NCBI GenBank assembly: GCA_903851135.1
Contig: CAINNK010000037.1
Coordinates: forward strand, 1,320-65,319
Length of the DNA: 64,000 bases
From: an uncultured bacterium
GTDB taxonomy: Bacteria > Patescibacteriota > Minisyncoccia > Moranbacterales > GWC2-37-73
Reading direction: 5' to 3'
A program made the translations under genes and the position numbers. This document shows, one piece after another, positions 51,620 through 60,254 of the stretch. Each line of letters starts with the position of its first letter. Position 1 is the stretch's first letter. The notes under the pieces were generated by a model. That model worked only from the letters and a program-made list of their open reading frames with translations, was not told the DNA's origin and made no database searches.

Positions 51620-54175
51620 TTATTTTTTTGATAATTTCTTAACCCAAAATTGAAACTGTTCACCCTTTTCTTCAAAATTTTTCCACACGCTATAACTCGG
51701 CGAAGCCGTGGAAAGCAAGCAGACTGAGCCTTTTGGTGTATTTTCAAAAGCAAATGCCACCGCTTCCTTCATGCTTTTTGTTTCCAAAATGTTAAGTCCT
51801 TTTTGTGATTTGAAAATTCTTTTGCCACTATCCGGGAAAAGCACCACGTTTTTGACGCCCTTTTTGCGGATTTGCTTTTCAAGCTTGGAAAAATCATAGC
51901 CGCGATCTTGCCCGCCCAGAAAAATAGTTCCAACATTTTCAATTGCTTCCAAGGCCATCATGGTTGATTCCGGCGTGGTTGAAATCGCATCATCAAAAAA
52001 TTTAATATCACCAAATTGCCCCACAAATTCCAACCGGTGAGCAAGCGATTTGAATTTTTTGAGCGCCTTTTTAATTGCGTCATCTGAAATTCCAAACTCT
52101 TTCGCGACCGTCACTGCCGCTCGGATGTTGTTTTGATTATGCTCACCCAACAATGACGATTCAAAACCATCCAGCGAAATTTCAGCAAAAGACTTTTTTT
52201 GCGCCACTGTTGCGCTAGCCCAGTTTTTAAGTTTTTGATCTTTAGCGTTATAAACAAAAACATCTTCAGAGTCTTGAAAAGAAACTATCCTCTTTTTGGC
52301 TTGATAATAATTATCAATCCCACCGTGATAATCCATATGCTCAGGAAAAAAATTCAGCGCCACGGCGATGTTTGGCGAATAAGCGATGTCATCCAGTTGA
52401 TAACTGGAAAGTTCCAACACAAAAATTTCTTCAGGATCAATCTTGCCTAGCAACGCTCCCAGCATCGGAGTGCCAATATTTCCCAACAGCCGAACTTTTT
52501 TGCCAGCCTCTTTCAAAATTGCGGCAATTAAAGAAGCGGTGGTGCTTTTGCCCTTGCTACCAGTCACCCCAATTGTGAAATTTTTGTTTTGCGCAAAAAA
52601 CAAATTTGTAGCTGTCACATACGGAATTGAGACTTTTTCCTTTTTTATTCCCGGCGTTTTGATGGCCAAATCATAATCAGCCTGACTTGCTAGATAGTTT
52701 TCATCCAGATTCCCGTCAGCGATTCCAATTTTCAATTTTGGAAAATATTTTTTCAGATATTTTTCTGTCGTCTTTCCTTCCTTGCCATAACCAAGAATCA
52801 GGATATTATATAGTCCAAGTAATCTGAAATTTTCTGGCAAAGTTTCAACTTGATTGACTTTAAAAACTTCCTTAACCAGTTTTTCTGGATTTTTTATTTT
52901 TGGTAAAAGTTTTTTCAAAATAAAAGTTTCGCCAAAATTTTTACGTGCCAAATATAACGCTGCTTGCGATTCAGCAAAAGTTCCAACACAATCAAAAGGT
53001 TTCATTTTGCCAAAACCAAGCACGTCTTCAAACATTGGCAAAAGTTTTTCATCTTCAAAAAGATTTTTTCCAAAAATTTTCAACAACTCCGGCTTTTTCA
53101 AAAAAGAAGCCAGTAGCGTGAAAACAAAAACGCATTTCGCGCACTCACCGCACCACAACTTCTCTTGGCGATTCTTGTGAACTTTAAAGTTCCGATTACA
53201 GCTAGAAAAAGACGCAAAATATTTCTGTTGCCTGGCAAACATTTGCGCAATACGAATTTCATAAAACTGCCTTAACAAGGAAAAGTAAACTACATCAGAT
53301 GAAAAAAGTTTTTTTGTATAAGTTTGGAAAAGTTTCTCAAACTCCATTGACTTGCTCCATTGATGATTCACGCTCTCACCTTTATACTTAATGTTGCCAA
53401 AGTTGCTACTAAATTCATTGCCAACCACCACATGCGAATAATCATACAAAATCGCCGTCAAATATCCAACAAAAGCAAAGACTGCTGAAATCGGAACATG
53501 CCCATTATAAGCACCTTCAAATTTTTCAAATATTTTTTTATCCAAAAATCGTTGCACTTTCAAAGCTGGGATGTCCATCGTTTTTACAACCGTATCGGAA
53601 ATTGGAGAACCCTGTTGGGTTTCAATTAAAAGCGCCGTGATTTTCTGCCCATTTTCCTTGAGCAATTCCCCTGCCACAATTGAATCTTTCCCTCCGCCAA
53701 TTCCCACTAACATTCGTTGCTTTCTTTTCAGGCTATAGCTTTTGATTTTCACTTTCGAGCTATATGGAAATTCAATCAATCCCTGTGGGTCAATTTTATT
53801 CTGAAAGAAAAATTCTCCCAAACCTTTTCGATAAACCACATTGAAAAATTTCGCCTGCTCCTTGGAAATTAGTTTAAACAATTTTATTTTCGGCGGACAA
53901 TAAAGTTTGAAGTAGCTGATTCCCAACATCAAATGCACGCTTTGCAAAACATTTTCCAACAGCTCAGCTGGAACGTTTTCAAGAGATATTTTTCTTGGAA
54001 AGATAATTGTCTCAAAAAATTCCAAGGTTGGTCGATTTTCAAATTCAATCGCATATCCAAAAACAGCCTGCTTTTTCTCAGGCTGCAATTGATATGAGGT
54101 AAACACAAAATTTTTCGCAATTGGCGCTTTATTCATTAATTTTTTCCATATTCCACAGAGACTTAAGCATAGCAA
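51620..54175 (-). CDS. murD: fusion protein: N-terminal ~430-aa domain with a PP-loop-like motif, plus a full-length C-terminal UDP-N-acetylmuramoylalanine--D-glutamate ligase (MurD)
   Basis: ORF track. The C-terminal ~420 aa has the MurD N-terminal Rossmann segment (ILILGYGKEGKT) and the Mur ligase P-loop VGVTGSKGKSTTASLIAAIL. The N-terminal half carries LVGIGGGKDSIVAGELL (SGGxDS-like) and CGECAKC. Confidence 0.8.
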   Translation of the reverse strand: MLCLSLCGIWKKLMNKAPIAKNFVFTSYQLQPEKKQAVFGYAIEFENRPTLEFFETIIFPRKISLENVPAELLENVLQSVHLMLGISYFKLYCPPKIKLFKLISKEQAKFFNVVYRKGLGEFFFQNKIDPQGLIEFPYSSKVKIKSYSLKRKQRMLVGIGGGKDSIVAGELLKENGQKITALLIETQQGSPISDTVVKTMDIPALKVQRFLDKKIFEKFEGAYNGHVPISAVFAFVGYLTAILYDYSHVVVGNEFSSNFGNIKYKGESVNHQWSKSMEFEKLFQTYTKKLFSSDVVYFSLLRQFYEIRIAQMFARQQKYFASFSSCNRNFKVHKNRQEKLWCGECAKCVFVFTLLASFLKKPELLKIFGKNLFEDEKLLPMFEDVLGFGKMKPFDCVGTFAESQAALYLARKNFGETFILKKLLPKIKNPEKLVKEVFKVNQVETLPENFRLLGLYNILILGYGKEGKTTEKYLKKYFPKLKIGIADGNLDENYLASQADYDLAIKTPGIKKEKVSIPYVTATNLFFAQNKNFTIGVTGSKGKSTTASLIAAILKEAGKKVRLLGNIGTPMLGALLGKIDPEEIFVLELSSYQLDDIAYSPNIAVALNFFPEHMDYHGGIDNYYQAKKRIVSFQDSEDVFVYNAKDQKLKNWASATVAQKKSFAEISLDGFESSLLGEHNQNNIRAAVTVAKEFGISDDAIKKALKKFKSLAHRLEFVGQFGDIKFFDDAISTTPESTMMALEAIENVGTIFLGGQDRGYDFSKLEKQIRKKGVKNVVLFPDSGKRIFKSQKGLNILETKSMKEAVAFAFENTPKGSVCLLSTASPSYSVWKNFEEKGEQFQFWVKKLSKK

Positions 54176-54216
54176 ATTTGAAACTCAAAATCAATGAGAT
54201 CGAAATTTTTATTGCA

Positions 54217-54373
54217 CAAAGCCGCTCATTGCAACCCCGATGAAATATGGCCAGACGGCAATGGCAAGCACGCCTTCCCAAAAGGAAAGATGCAGAAAGC
54301 CGATTGTGAACAGCCAGCCGGCAAACCACGAGAACGCCGTGAACCCGTGTTGCTCGATTTTGATTTTTTCCAT
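54217..54373 (-). CDS. possible tiny membrane protein (about 52 aa)
   Basis: My own translation reads MEKIKIEQHGFTAFSWFAGWLFTIGFLHLSFWEGVLAIAVWPYFIGVAMSGFVQ. It has two hydrophobic helices. It is below the ORF-track length cutoff. Confidence 0.3.
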
Positions 54374-54415
54374 ATGATTATGGATTAAAAAATTAATTGG
54401 TTTTTATTTGGAACA

Positions 54416-54727
54416 TCAGCTCAGCTTTTTCATGACTTCGGCAAACTCTTCATCGGTCGCAATTTCGCCTTTCAAAATTTCACATTCCTTGCCTTGCCAA
54501 TGAGGTTGCTGGCTCATGTTTTTTCTGGTGATTTTTTCAGCCAGCTGACGATCGTCTCCGATTTGACTCATGAAATATTGGACTCCGCCTTCAAAAATTT
54601 CCTCGCAGGATTTGACGTTGCCGTCTTCACCCACACAATGGAGACAAAAATTTGAATTTTCGTCGCCGCCAGCGAAATCTTCTTTTTTCTCAAGTGGCAT
54701 TCCGCATGCCTGGCAAAATTTTTGCAT
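54416..54727 (-). CDS. zinc-ribbon domain protein (103 aa)
   Basis: ORF track. The pattern is CQACGMPL...CLHC. Confidence 0.5.
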   Translation of the reverse strand: MQKFCQACGMPLEKKEDFAGGDENSNFCLHCVGEDGNVKSCEEIFEGGVQYFMSQIGDDRQLAEKITRKNMSQQPHWQGKECEILKGEIATDEEFAEVMKKLS

Positions 54728-54747
54728 ATATTTTTATGAATTAATTA

Positions 54748-55113
54748 TTAGACCAACTTGGCTTTATTTTTCCACCAACCCACAAAAAGCGGAAGCGCAA
54801 AAGTCAAAAGATAATAAAGATAAACGTCCATTTTGTAATACCCATCGGCTGGCTTGAAAATCTTGACCAAGAAAAAATAATCAAAAACAATCGCTATCAG
54901 CATCCAAATGATGGCAATTTTCAAATAATATTCAAATTCTTCATTTTTGATTTTTTTCAACAAAACCCAAAGCGTGATGGCTACGCCAATTGGCATAATC
55001 ACCCAGCCCAGCACCGAAGTTGGCACAAAAGCGAAAAGCACAATGCCAAGCACGTAGCCAAAAAACCATAGTCCGATTCCCCAACCGAAAGTGTCTTTCA
55101 GAAATTGTTTCAT
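54748..55113 (-). CDS. hypothetical membrane protein (121 aa)
   Basis: ORF track. It has four hydrophobic helices. Confidence 0.5.
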   Translation of the reverse strand: MKQFLKDTFGWGIGLWFFGYVLGIVLFAFVPTSVLGWVIMPIGVAITLWVLLKKIKNEEFEYYLKIAIIWMLIAIVFDYFFLVKIFKPADGYYKMDVYLYYLLTFALPLFVGWWKNKAKLV

Positions 55114-55167
55114 ATTGTTAAAAAATTACTAACATTTATTATTATACCTAAATATTTTTATTTCTCG

Positions 55168-55677
55168 CTACATCTTTTCGCCAAAATTTCTGTTTGAGTG
55201 ATAAGTTTGCTCCTCTTCCTCAACTGGCGTGACATGATATTTAACAATGGTTAGTTTTGAGCCGACATAAAGGTCACTATCATCAGTTTCCTCAACCATG
55301 TTTCTGAAGTTTTTTTCGTATTTTCGGCCTTTTGACTCAACCGTGAAAACGTCGAAATATTCAATTGACTCTTTCATGCCATAGTCACCTTTCACGTTCA
55401 AATTGATTTCTTTTTCGCCACTGCCCAAATCATCAATCACAATTTTCACTTTTTCGCTGTCAAAAATAGCTGTGACTTTTCCGTCACCTTTTCCATCGCT
55501 CAAAGAATTTTTCACCAACTGAACCAAATAGTTTCCAATTGCATAAAGCTTGCCAGGACTGGCTGGCGACTGCGACTTCTTGGAAATGTCTTTCCACCAA
55601 ACTCCAACGATGCTAGCAATGTTTCCCGCCTGCGACGCTTTGATTTCCAAACTCCTCTCAAAAATTTCTTCGGTCAT
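55168..55677 (-). CDS. hypothetical protein (169 aa)
   Basis: ORF track. No motif was recognised. Confidence 0.45.
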   Translation of the reverse strand: MTEEIFERSLEIKASQAGNIASIVGVWWKDISKKSQSPASPGKLYAIGNYLVQLVKNSLSDGKGDGKVTAIFDSEKVKIVIDDLGSGEKEINLNVKGDYGMKESIEYFDVFTVESKGRKYEKNFRNMVEETDDSDLYVGSKLTIVKYHVTPVEEEEQTYHSNRNFGEKM

Positions 55678-55791
55678 GTTAATTATTGTTATTGTTATTG
55701 TTATTTATCAACCTTACATATTTTCATTATATCGCACTTTCAAGGTAAGCAAAACAACAGCAAAAGTAAAGAAAAATGGACCGTAAAATGC

Positions 55792-55820
55792 TTGACAGCT
55801 ACGCTGGAAAGGCATAAACT
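55792..55820 (+). promoter_or_regulatory. sigma70-type promoter upstream of the 55885 gene
   Basis: TTGACA, a 17-nt spacer and TAAACT. Confidence 0.4.
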
Positions 55821-55884
55821 ACTATGAAGTTTATTCAAGGTCAAAAGTCAGTCTATTTCAGAACATTTAAAACATAGGATAATT

Positions 55885-56142
55885 ATGAAAACTCTCAAGG
55901 GAACACTTTCAGACACAAAGACTTTAAGGGAAAATCTCAAGAAGATAAGGGATTATGCAATCGGTGGTGGTGATGGATATGAGATAGGAATTCTGCTTTC
56001 ACTCATCCTCAAAGACGATACTGAAGATGTCTGCCTTTTGGCAAAAGGATATGTCTACAAAAAAAACAAACAACCAACCAATGAACCAGGGCAATCAGAA
56101 GCCCAAAAGCTCATTGAAAAACTTTCAGCAATGCTGGAATAA
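55885..56142 (+). CDS. hypothetical small protein (85 aa)
   Basis: ORF track. It is preceded by the promoter-like motif above. Confidence 0.45.
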   Translation: MKTLKGTLSDTKTLRENLKKIRDYAIGGGDGYEIGILLSLILKDDTEDVCLLAKGYVYKKNKQPTNEPGQSEAQKLIEKLSAMLE

Positions 56143-56211
56143 AAACTTCAAGACATTACGTTTAGCATCAGGACTATGGCAACATTGCCATGTTACAGTC
56201 CTGATGCTTTT

Positions 56212-56580
56212 TTATTTCTTTCCCAGTTTCTCATTTGTCATATACTTATCATCCGAAGACCAAACAAGATAAAGTCTTTTTGCAAATCCACCTTTTTTTT
56301 CAAAATTTTTCTTTTGTTGATCGATGACTTGTTTTTGGGTGATTTTCTTGAACTTCAAAATTTCATCAATCACATCCAGCACGTCGGCAATCTCTTCAAC
56401 GATTTCTTTCTTGCCTTTTGATTTCAAAAAGAGTTCGCCACTTTCTTCCCCAGCCTTTTTCAAAAGCTCTTTCAAAAACTCAACTTTCGAAAGTCTGCGG
56501 GTTTCAAGCTCACTTCCCCGGTTGCTTATCTTTTCCGGAATCTTGTCCCGAATGAGTTTTCGATAATAGACTCTTTTCAT
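56212..56580 (-). CDS. MazG-like nucleotide pyrophosphohydrolase-family protein
   Basis: ORF track. KLIRDKIPE and EEIADVLDVIDEI match the MazG/HisE-type all-alpha NTP-pyrophosphatase pattern. Confidence 0.5.
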   Translation of the reverse strand: MKRVYYRKLIRDKIPEKISNRGSELETRRLSKVEFLKELLKKAGEESGELFLKSKGKKEIVEEIADVLDVIDEILKFKKITQKQVIDQQKKNFEKKGGFAKRLYLVWSSDDKYMTNEKLGKK

Positions 56581-56601
56581 AAAATTTTATATAAACTCAA
56601 G

Positions 56602-57741
56602 CTAATCCCTATCAAATTTCATTAAACTTTTCTTATATATCTCAAACACTTCTGGAATTGTGTCTACATTTATCCATTCATTTGAAGCATGGACGTTGTC
56701 ACTTTCAACTCCAAAAGCATTTATAATTGGAATATTAAGTTTTGAAATAACATTTCCAACACTTCCCTGTCCGCTAGCAACAAGTGGAATTTGTTTTTCC
56801 AAAATTTCACTTGCAGTGTTTTGAAGAATTTTAACAAAAGAATTATTTTCATCAGTCAAAAATGCTTGTTCGCTTTGCAAAATATCCAATTCGTATTTAA
56901 TTCCTAACTCATTTATTTTTTTCTTTATTTCTGTAATAATATTTTCTTCTTTTTGAGTCGGCAACAAGCGAATATCTAAATCAATCTCACACTTGTCAGG
57001 AATTATATTAATAGCTGTCCCTCCATTAATTTGTGAAATATTAAGTGAAGAACCAAATTCAAAAAAACGTTCAGTCTTCTCTCCCAAATCCAGTGCGGCC
57101 AATAAATTTATAACCTTTCCCATTGAGTGAATAGCATTTATTCCTTTTTTACTCCTACTCCCAGTGTGTGCAGCCTTTCCCAATGTCGTAATTTTTATTC
57201 TCAACCACCCACGAGCTCCAATTGAAATTTCATCCGTTCCCTGATAGCCAAGCAAACAAATATCATGATTTAGTGGTGCATATTTCATAACCTCTCTTAT
57301 GCCAGTAAATTTTCCAGATTGTTCATCAGCGTCAAACCCTAAAAAGATTGAGGAACTGAAATTTTTATCTTCAGCGAGATATTTTGCAAGATAACAAAAT
57401 AAAGCGATTGCAACTTTTGAATCAGCCACCCCCCGCCCATACATTTTATTATTAACAATCTGCGCCTCAAACGGAGGATATTGCCATCTTGAAAGATCGC
57501 CAACTTGGACAGTATCTAAGCAACTTTCAAGCCAAATTGTTTTTGATGAGTTTTCTTTTTTAATACGGCAAATAACAGATGGGTGTTTTTCTCCCCCAAT
57601 CATATCCGGATTAAAACCAAATTCTTTTAGCTTAAGAAAAACTAAATCAGCAACCCTGCGTTCGCCATCAATTTGATTTTGCGACGGAATAGCCACCAAC
57701 TCTTGCGTGAATTTAATGATTTGTTCAGAAAAAGAATCCAT
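56602..57741 (-). CDS. M20-family metallopeptidase (ArgE/DapE-like)
   Basis: ORF track. It reads QELVAIPS ... MYGRGVADSK ... HTGS. Confidence 0.8.
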   Translation of the reverse strand: MDSFSEQIIKFTQELVAIPSQNQIDGERRVADLVFLKLKEFGFNPDMIGGEKHPSVICRIKKENSSKTIWLESCLDTVQVGDLSRWQYPPFEAQIVNNKMYGRGVADSKVAIALFCYLAKYLAEDKNFSSSIFLGFDADEQSGKFTGIREVMKYAPLNHDICLLGYQGTDEISIGARGWLRIKITTLGKAAHTGSRSKKGINAIHSMGKVINLLAALDLGEKTERFFEFGSSLNISQINGGTAINIIPDKCEIDLDIRLLPTQKEENIITEIKKKINELGIKYELDILQSEQAFLTDENNSFVKILQNTASEILEKQIPLVASGQGSVGNVISKLNIPIINAFGVESDNVHASNEWINVDTIPEVFEIYKKSLMKFDRD

Positions 57742-57773
57742 AAAATATTTTAATAAAAAAATAATGAGCTACT

Positions 57774-58265
57774 TTACCATTTTTCCTGATGGATTTTTTC
57801 GATTTTAAACTCCTCGTCACTATGCTCGGGTTTTTCTTCGGCAGGAAAACCAAGAGGAATGATATCAATCATGCGAAAATTTTGCGGCACGCCAAGGACT
57901 TCTTTGACCTTTTCTTCCCAAACTGGCGTCAGATTCTTCCAAACACTGCCAAGTCCAAGTTCAGCAGCTTGCAAGAAAATATTTTCCGAAACAATGGAAA
58001 GATCCTGCACTGGCAAAACCGATTGGTCACTAGCAACTGGCACTACCAGCACTGGCGCAGTTTTGATATAGTCTTGATCAATAACTGCAAAAATTGCCTC
58101 TTTGATTTTTTGATCCCTGATCACAATGAACTCAACCGCGCTTCTGCCCATCGCGCTTGGCGCAAATTGCGCCGCCTTGATAATCTCATTTATCATTTCA
58201 TCCGAAACAGGATCACTCTTATAAGTTCGAAAACTCCGACGTTTTTTGATTGACTCAATAATCAT
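57774..58265 (-). CDS. nitroreductase-family protein
   Basis: ORF track. It reads RRSFRTY...EMINEIIKAAQFAPSA. Confidence 0.7.
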   Translation of the reverse strand: MIIESIKKRRSFRTYKSDPVSDEMINEIIKAAQFAPSAMGRSAVEFIVIRDQKIKEAIFAVIDQDYIKTAPVLVVPVASDQSVLPVQDLSIVSENIFLQAAELGLGSVWKNLTPVWEEKVKEVLGVPQNFRMIDIIPLGFPAEEKPEHSDEEFKIEKIHQEKW

Positions 58266-58586
58266 GTTTTTAGAATTAGTTATATGTTAAAAAAGTAATC
58301 TTAATTTTGCATTCCACATCTATCCTCCGCACATTGCGAAGTGCGTAGGTAAAAGACGATTGATGAGCGTAAAAAATTTCTAGCGAGCTTTTTCAACAGA
58401 AAAAGTGCAGCGGGAATTTTTAGCGAAGAGTGAAGTCTTTACCACAGCAACGAGCACGTGTCGGGGAAGATTTTCACCCAAGGGGTGATCATCCCCTGGA
58501 TGACTTTTGTAACTTTTCTTTCCTAAAAAGAAAAGTTACCCCTTGAATTTCGATTAAATTATTGGCCAATACAGAAATATTAATTA

Positions 58587-59258
58587 TTAAAGAGTTTCAT
58601 ACACCAATTCCTCATTCCCGCTGAAACTCTTGATCACGTCAATCACTTTTCCGAAAACCTGAAAATCTTTTTTCATAATGATCGGACGATATTGCGGGTC
58701 GCGAGACATTGGTTGCAAAACCACGGCGTTGGGAGAAAAATTGATTTGTTTTATCAGCGCCATGCCATCAACCACTGCCACCACTTTGTCTTTGTTGACA
58801 ACCTCAAGGGTTTTTTCCGTGATCACCAAATCCCCCGTTCCAATCCCGGCATCAGACATTGAATCACCAACCGCCCTGAAAACAAAAACCTGCTCAGGAT
58901 TTTTGCCGTGAATAAAATCTCGATCGAGGGTGACAAATTCAGCAAAAGATTGCTCGGCAAAAACTTGCATGTTATCACAACCAGCACTGCTGAGCACTGG
59001 CAAAATCACGGTTTGAGTCATCACATCATTATGAGTTGCCAAACGAATGCCGCGATTTTGGTGACGAGAGCGAATGATGAGATTTTTCTTTTCCAGACTT
59101 TCCAAGTATTGCGTCACAGTTCGCAATGACGAAACTCCCATAAACTTTGCCAGCTCCAAAATCGTGGGAGAAGACCCATCTTTTTCAAGGCAATCACAAA
59201 TATATTCAAAAATCTTTTTTTGTTTTTGAGTAAGTTTTTTTGTTTTTTCTTTTAGCAT
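58587..59258 (-). CDS. lexA: LexA repressor (S24 peptidase)
   Basis: ORF track gives 58587..59342. It has a winged-HTH N-domain (TQKQKKIFEYICDCLEKDG...ILELAKFMGVSS) and a C-terminal motif VFVFRAVGDSMSDAGI ... ALIKQI (Ser/Lys dyad). The likely true start is MLKEK at 59258, because a TATAAT sits 6 nt upstream. Confidence 0.85.
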   Translation of the reverse strand: MLKEKTKKLTQKQKKIFEYICDCLEKDGSSPTILELAKFMGVSSLRTVTQYLESLEKKNLIIRSRHQNRGIRLATHNDVMTQTVILPVLSSAGCDNMQVFAEQSFAEFVTLDRDFIHGKNPEQVFVFRAVGDSMSDAGIGTGDLVITEKTLEVVNKDKVVAVVDGMALIKQINFSPNAVVLQPMSRDPQYRPIIMKKDFQVFGKVIDVIKSFSGNEELVYETL

Positions 59259-59264
59259 TCTGAC

Positions 59265-59293
59265 ATTATACAACTTTTGGATTTGTGTAACAA
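59265..59293 (-). promoter_or_regulatory. candidate lexA promoter producing a leaderless or near-leaderless mRNA
   Basis: On the minus strand, TTGTTA is followed by 17 nt, then TATAAT, then gtcaga, then ATG. Confidence 0.4.
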
Positions 59294-59564
59294 TAGTACA
59301 CTTGTGCACACAATATACACAACTGTGCAGAACCCTGTGCATAATCTTAAAATGGCTTTTCTTAGCCAGATAAGCTGCTTATATTTCGCGCTTCCGTGCA
59401 ACACAAATGTGCAGCATCTTTACGTTGTGCATAACTTTCAATACACAACACACACAAATTTAAATTTGATTTGCAACTAGTTTATGATTTAAAAACATTT
59501 TAAAGGCTTCTATTGATATTTTTATCAATATCTGTTAATCTAAATCTTGTAAATAAGTGTACAC

Positions 59565-59650
59565 GGAGAAGTGACTGAGAGGGTTGAATGTAAGCGGGCA
59601 AACATTCAACGGGTTTCAAAAGAAACCCTGGCGGCCCGAAGTCCACAGTT
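59565..59650 (+). other. tRNA-Ser 5'-half-like element ('A')
   Basis: The first ~20 nt (ggagaagtgactgagagg) match the 5' end of the adjacent tRNA-Ser(GCT). The sequence then diverges into a perfect 9-bp hairpin (gttgaatgt/acattcaac), the motif gggtttcaaaagaaaccc, cccgaagtcca, and a T-run. No cloverleaf can be drawn. Confidence 0.4.
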
Positions 59651-59677
59651 TTTTGAATTTACGAAGTAAATAGATAT

Positions 59678-59767
59678 GGAGAAGTGACTGAGAGGCCGAA
59701 AGTACCTCACTGCTAACGAGGCAGGGCTTAATCGCCCTCGAGGGTTCGAATCCCTCCTTCTCCTCCA
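59678..59767 (+). tRNA. tRNA-Ser (anticodon GCT), long variable arm, CCA encoded
   Basis: The acceptor is ggagaag/cttctcc. The anticodon loop is ctGCTaa. The variable arm is agggcttaatcgccct. The T-arm is gaggg-ttcgaat-ccctc. Confidence 0.8.
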
Positions 59768-59827
59768 AAAAACAAGGTCTCTATCTCAAGACCATTTGGT
59801 TTTTTGTGTTTTTAAAAAAAATAATTA

Positions 59828-59925
59828 AGAAAGCATGGCCGAGTGGGTATGGTGCGAATGTGTGAGCATTATGCGGATTTCAAAAGAAACCCAGGAACCC
59901 GAGGTCATTCAAATTTTTGCATTTT
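59828..59925 (+). other. tRNA-Ser 5'-half-like element ('C')
   Basis: aagcatggccgagtgg matches the 5' end of the adjacent tRNA-Ser(TGA). It then diverges into ggatttcaaaagaaaccc, cccgaggtca and a T-run. It shares the tttcaaaagaaaccc ... cccga(a/g)gtc motif with element A. Confidence 0.4.
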
Positions 59926-59940
59926 TGAAAAAAATATTAA

Positions 59941-60027
59941 GGAAGCATGGCCGAGTGGTTGAAGGCAACAGTCTTGAAAACTGTCATGGGGAGACCCATC
60001 GTGAGTTCGAATCTCACTGCTTCCTCA
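59941..60027 (+). tRNA. tRNA-Ser (anticodon TGA)
   Basis: The acceptor is ggaagca/tgcttcc. The D-arm is gcc-gagtggttgaa-ggc. The anticodon stem is acagt/actgt with loop ctTGAaa. The variable arm is catggggagacccatc. The T-arm is gtgag-ttcgaat-ctcac. Confidence 0.85.
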
Positions 60028-60049
60028 TTAACATAAAAGCAAAAGAGAT

Positions 60050-60145
60050 TCAAAGGGCGCAAGTAGAATGCAAGAAGTACAAGCATTCTGCGTGTAGGGC
60101 CCAAACTGCGAGTCAGAGCAAGTAGGAATCTCACCACTTCCTCCT
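60050..60145 (+). other. tRNA-Ser 3'-half-like element ('E')
   Basis: It contains the hairpin agaatgc/gcattct and ends with aggaatctcaccacttcctcc, which resembles the T-arm plus acceptor 3' strand of the upstream tRNA-Ser(TGA). Confidence 0.3.
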
Positions 60146-60159
60146 TGTAAGACAGTAGC

Positions 60160-60182
60160 TAACACCCTATGGTGTTTTTTTA
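60160..60182 (+). terminator. rho-independent terminator after the tRNA-Ser region
   Basis: aacacc-ctat-ggtgtt followed by ttttttt. Confidence 0.5.
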
Positions 60183-60254
60183 TTTGTCTAAAAAATTTTG
60201 AGCAACTGAGGGTCTGTGTTAAAATCAACTTAAACAAGAGTAACAAAAAAACAT

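Noticed and set aside
55682-55705. A (TTG/TTA)n microsatellite-like run, ttattgttattgttattgttatt, upstream of the 55168 gene start.
   Set aside because: It is short (4 units) and sits in an AT-rich promoter region. A phase-variation role is possible, but nothing in the sequence supports it beyond the repeat itself.
59259-59342. The N-terminal 28-aa extension of the lexA ORF in the track (MHRVLHSCVYCVHKC...).
   Set aside because: The extension overlaps the TTGTTA-17-TATAAT promoter-like element and the TGTGCA repeats. The HTH domain begins right after the internal Met at 59258, so the shorter start is preferred.
59835-60246. ORFs 59835..60125(+), 59937..60137(-) and 60028..60246(-) from the track.
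   Set aside because: They are superimposed on the tRNA-Ser genes and the tRNA-half-like elements, so they are not plausible coding sequences.
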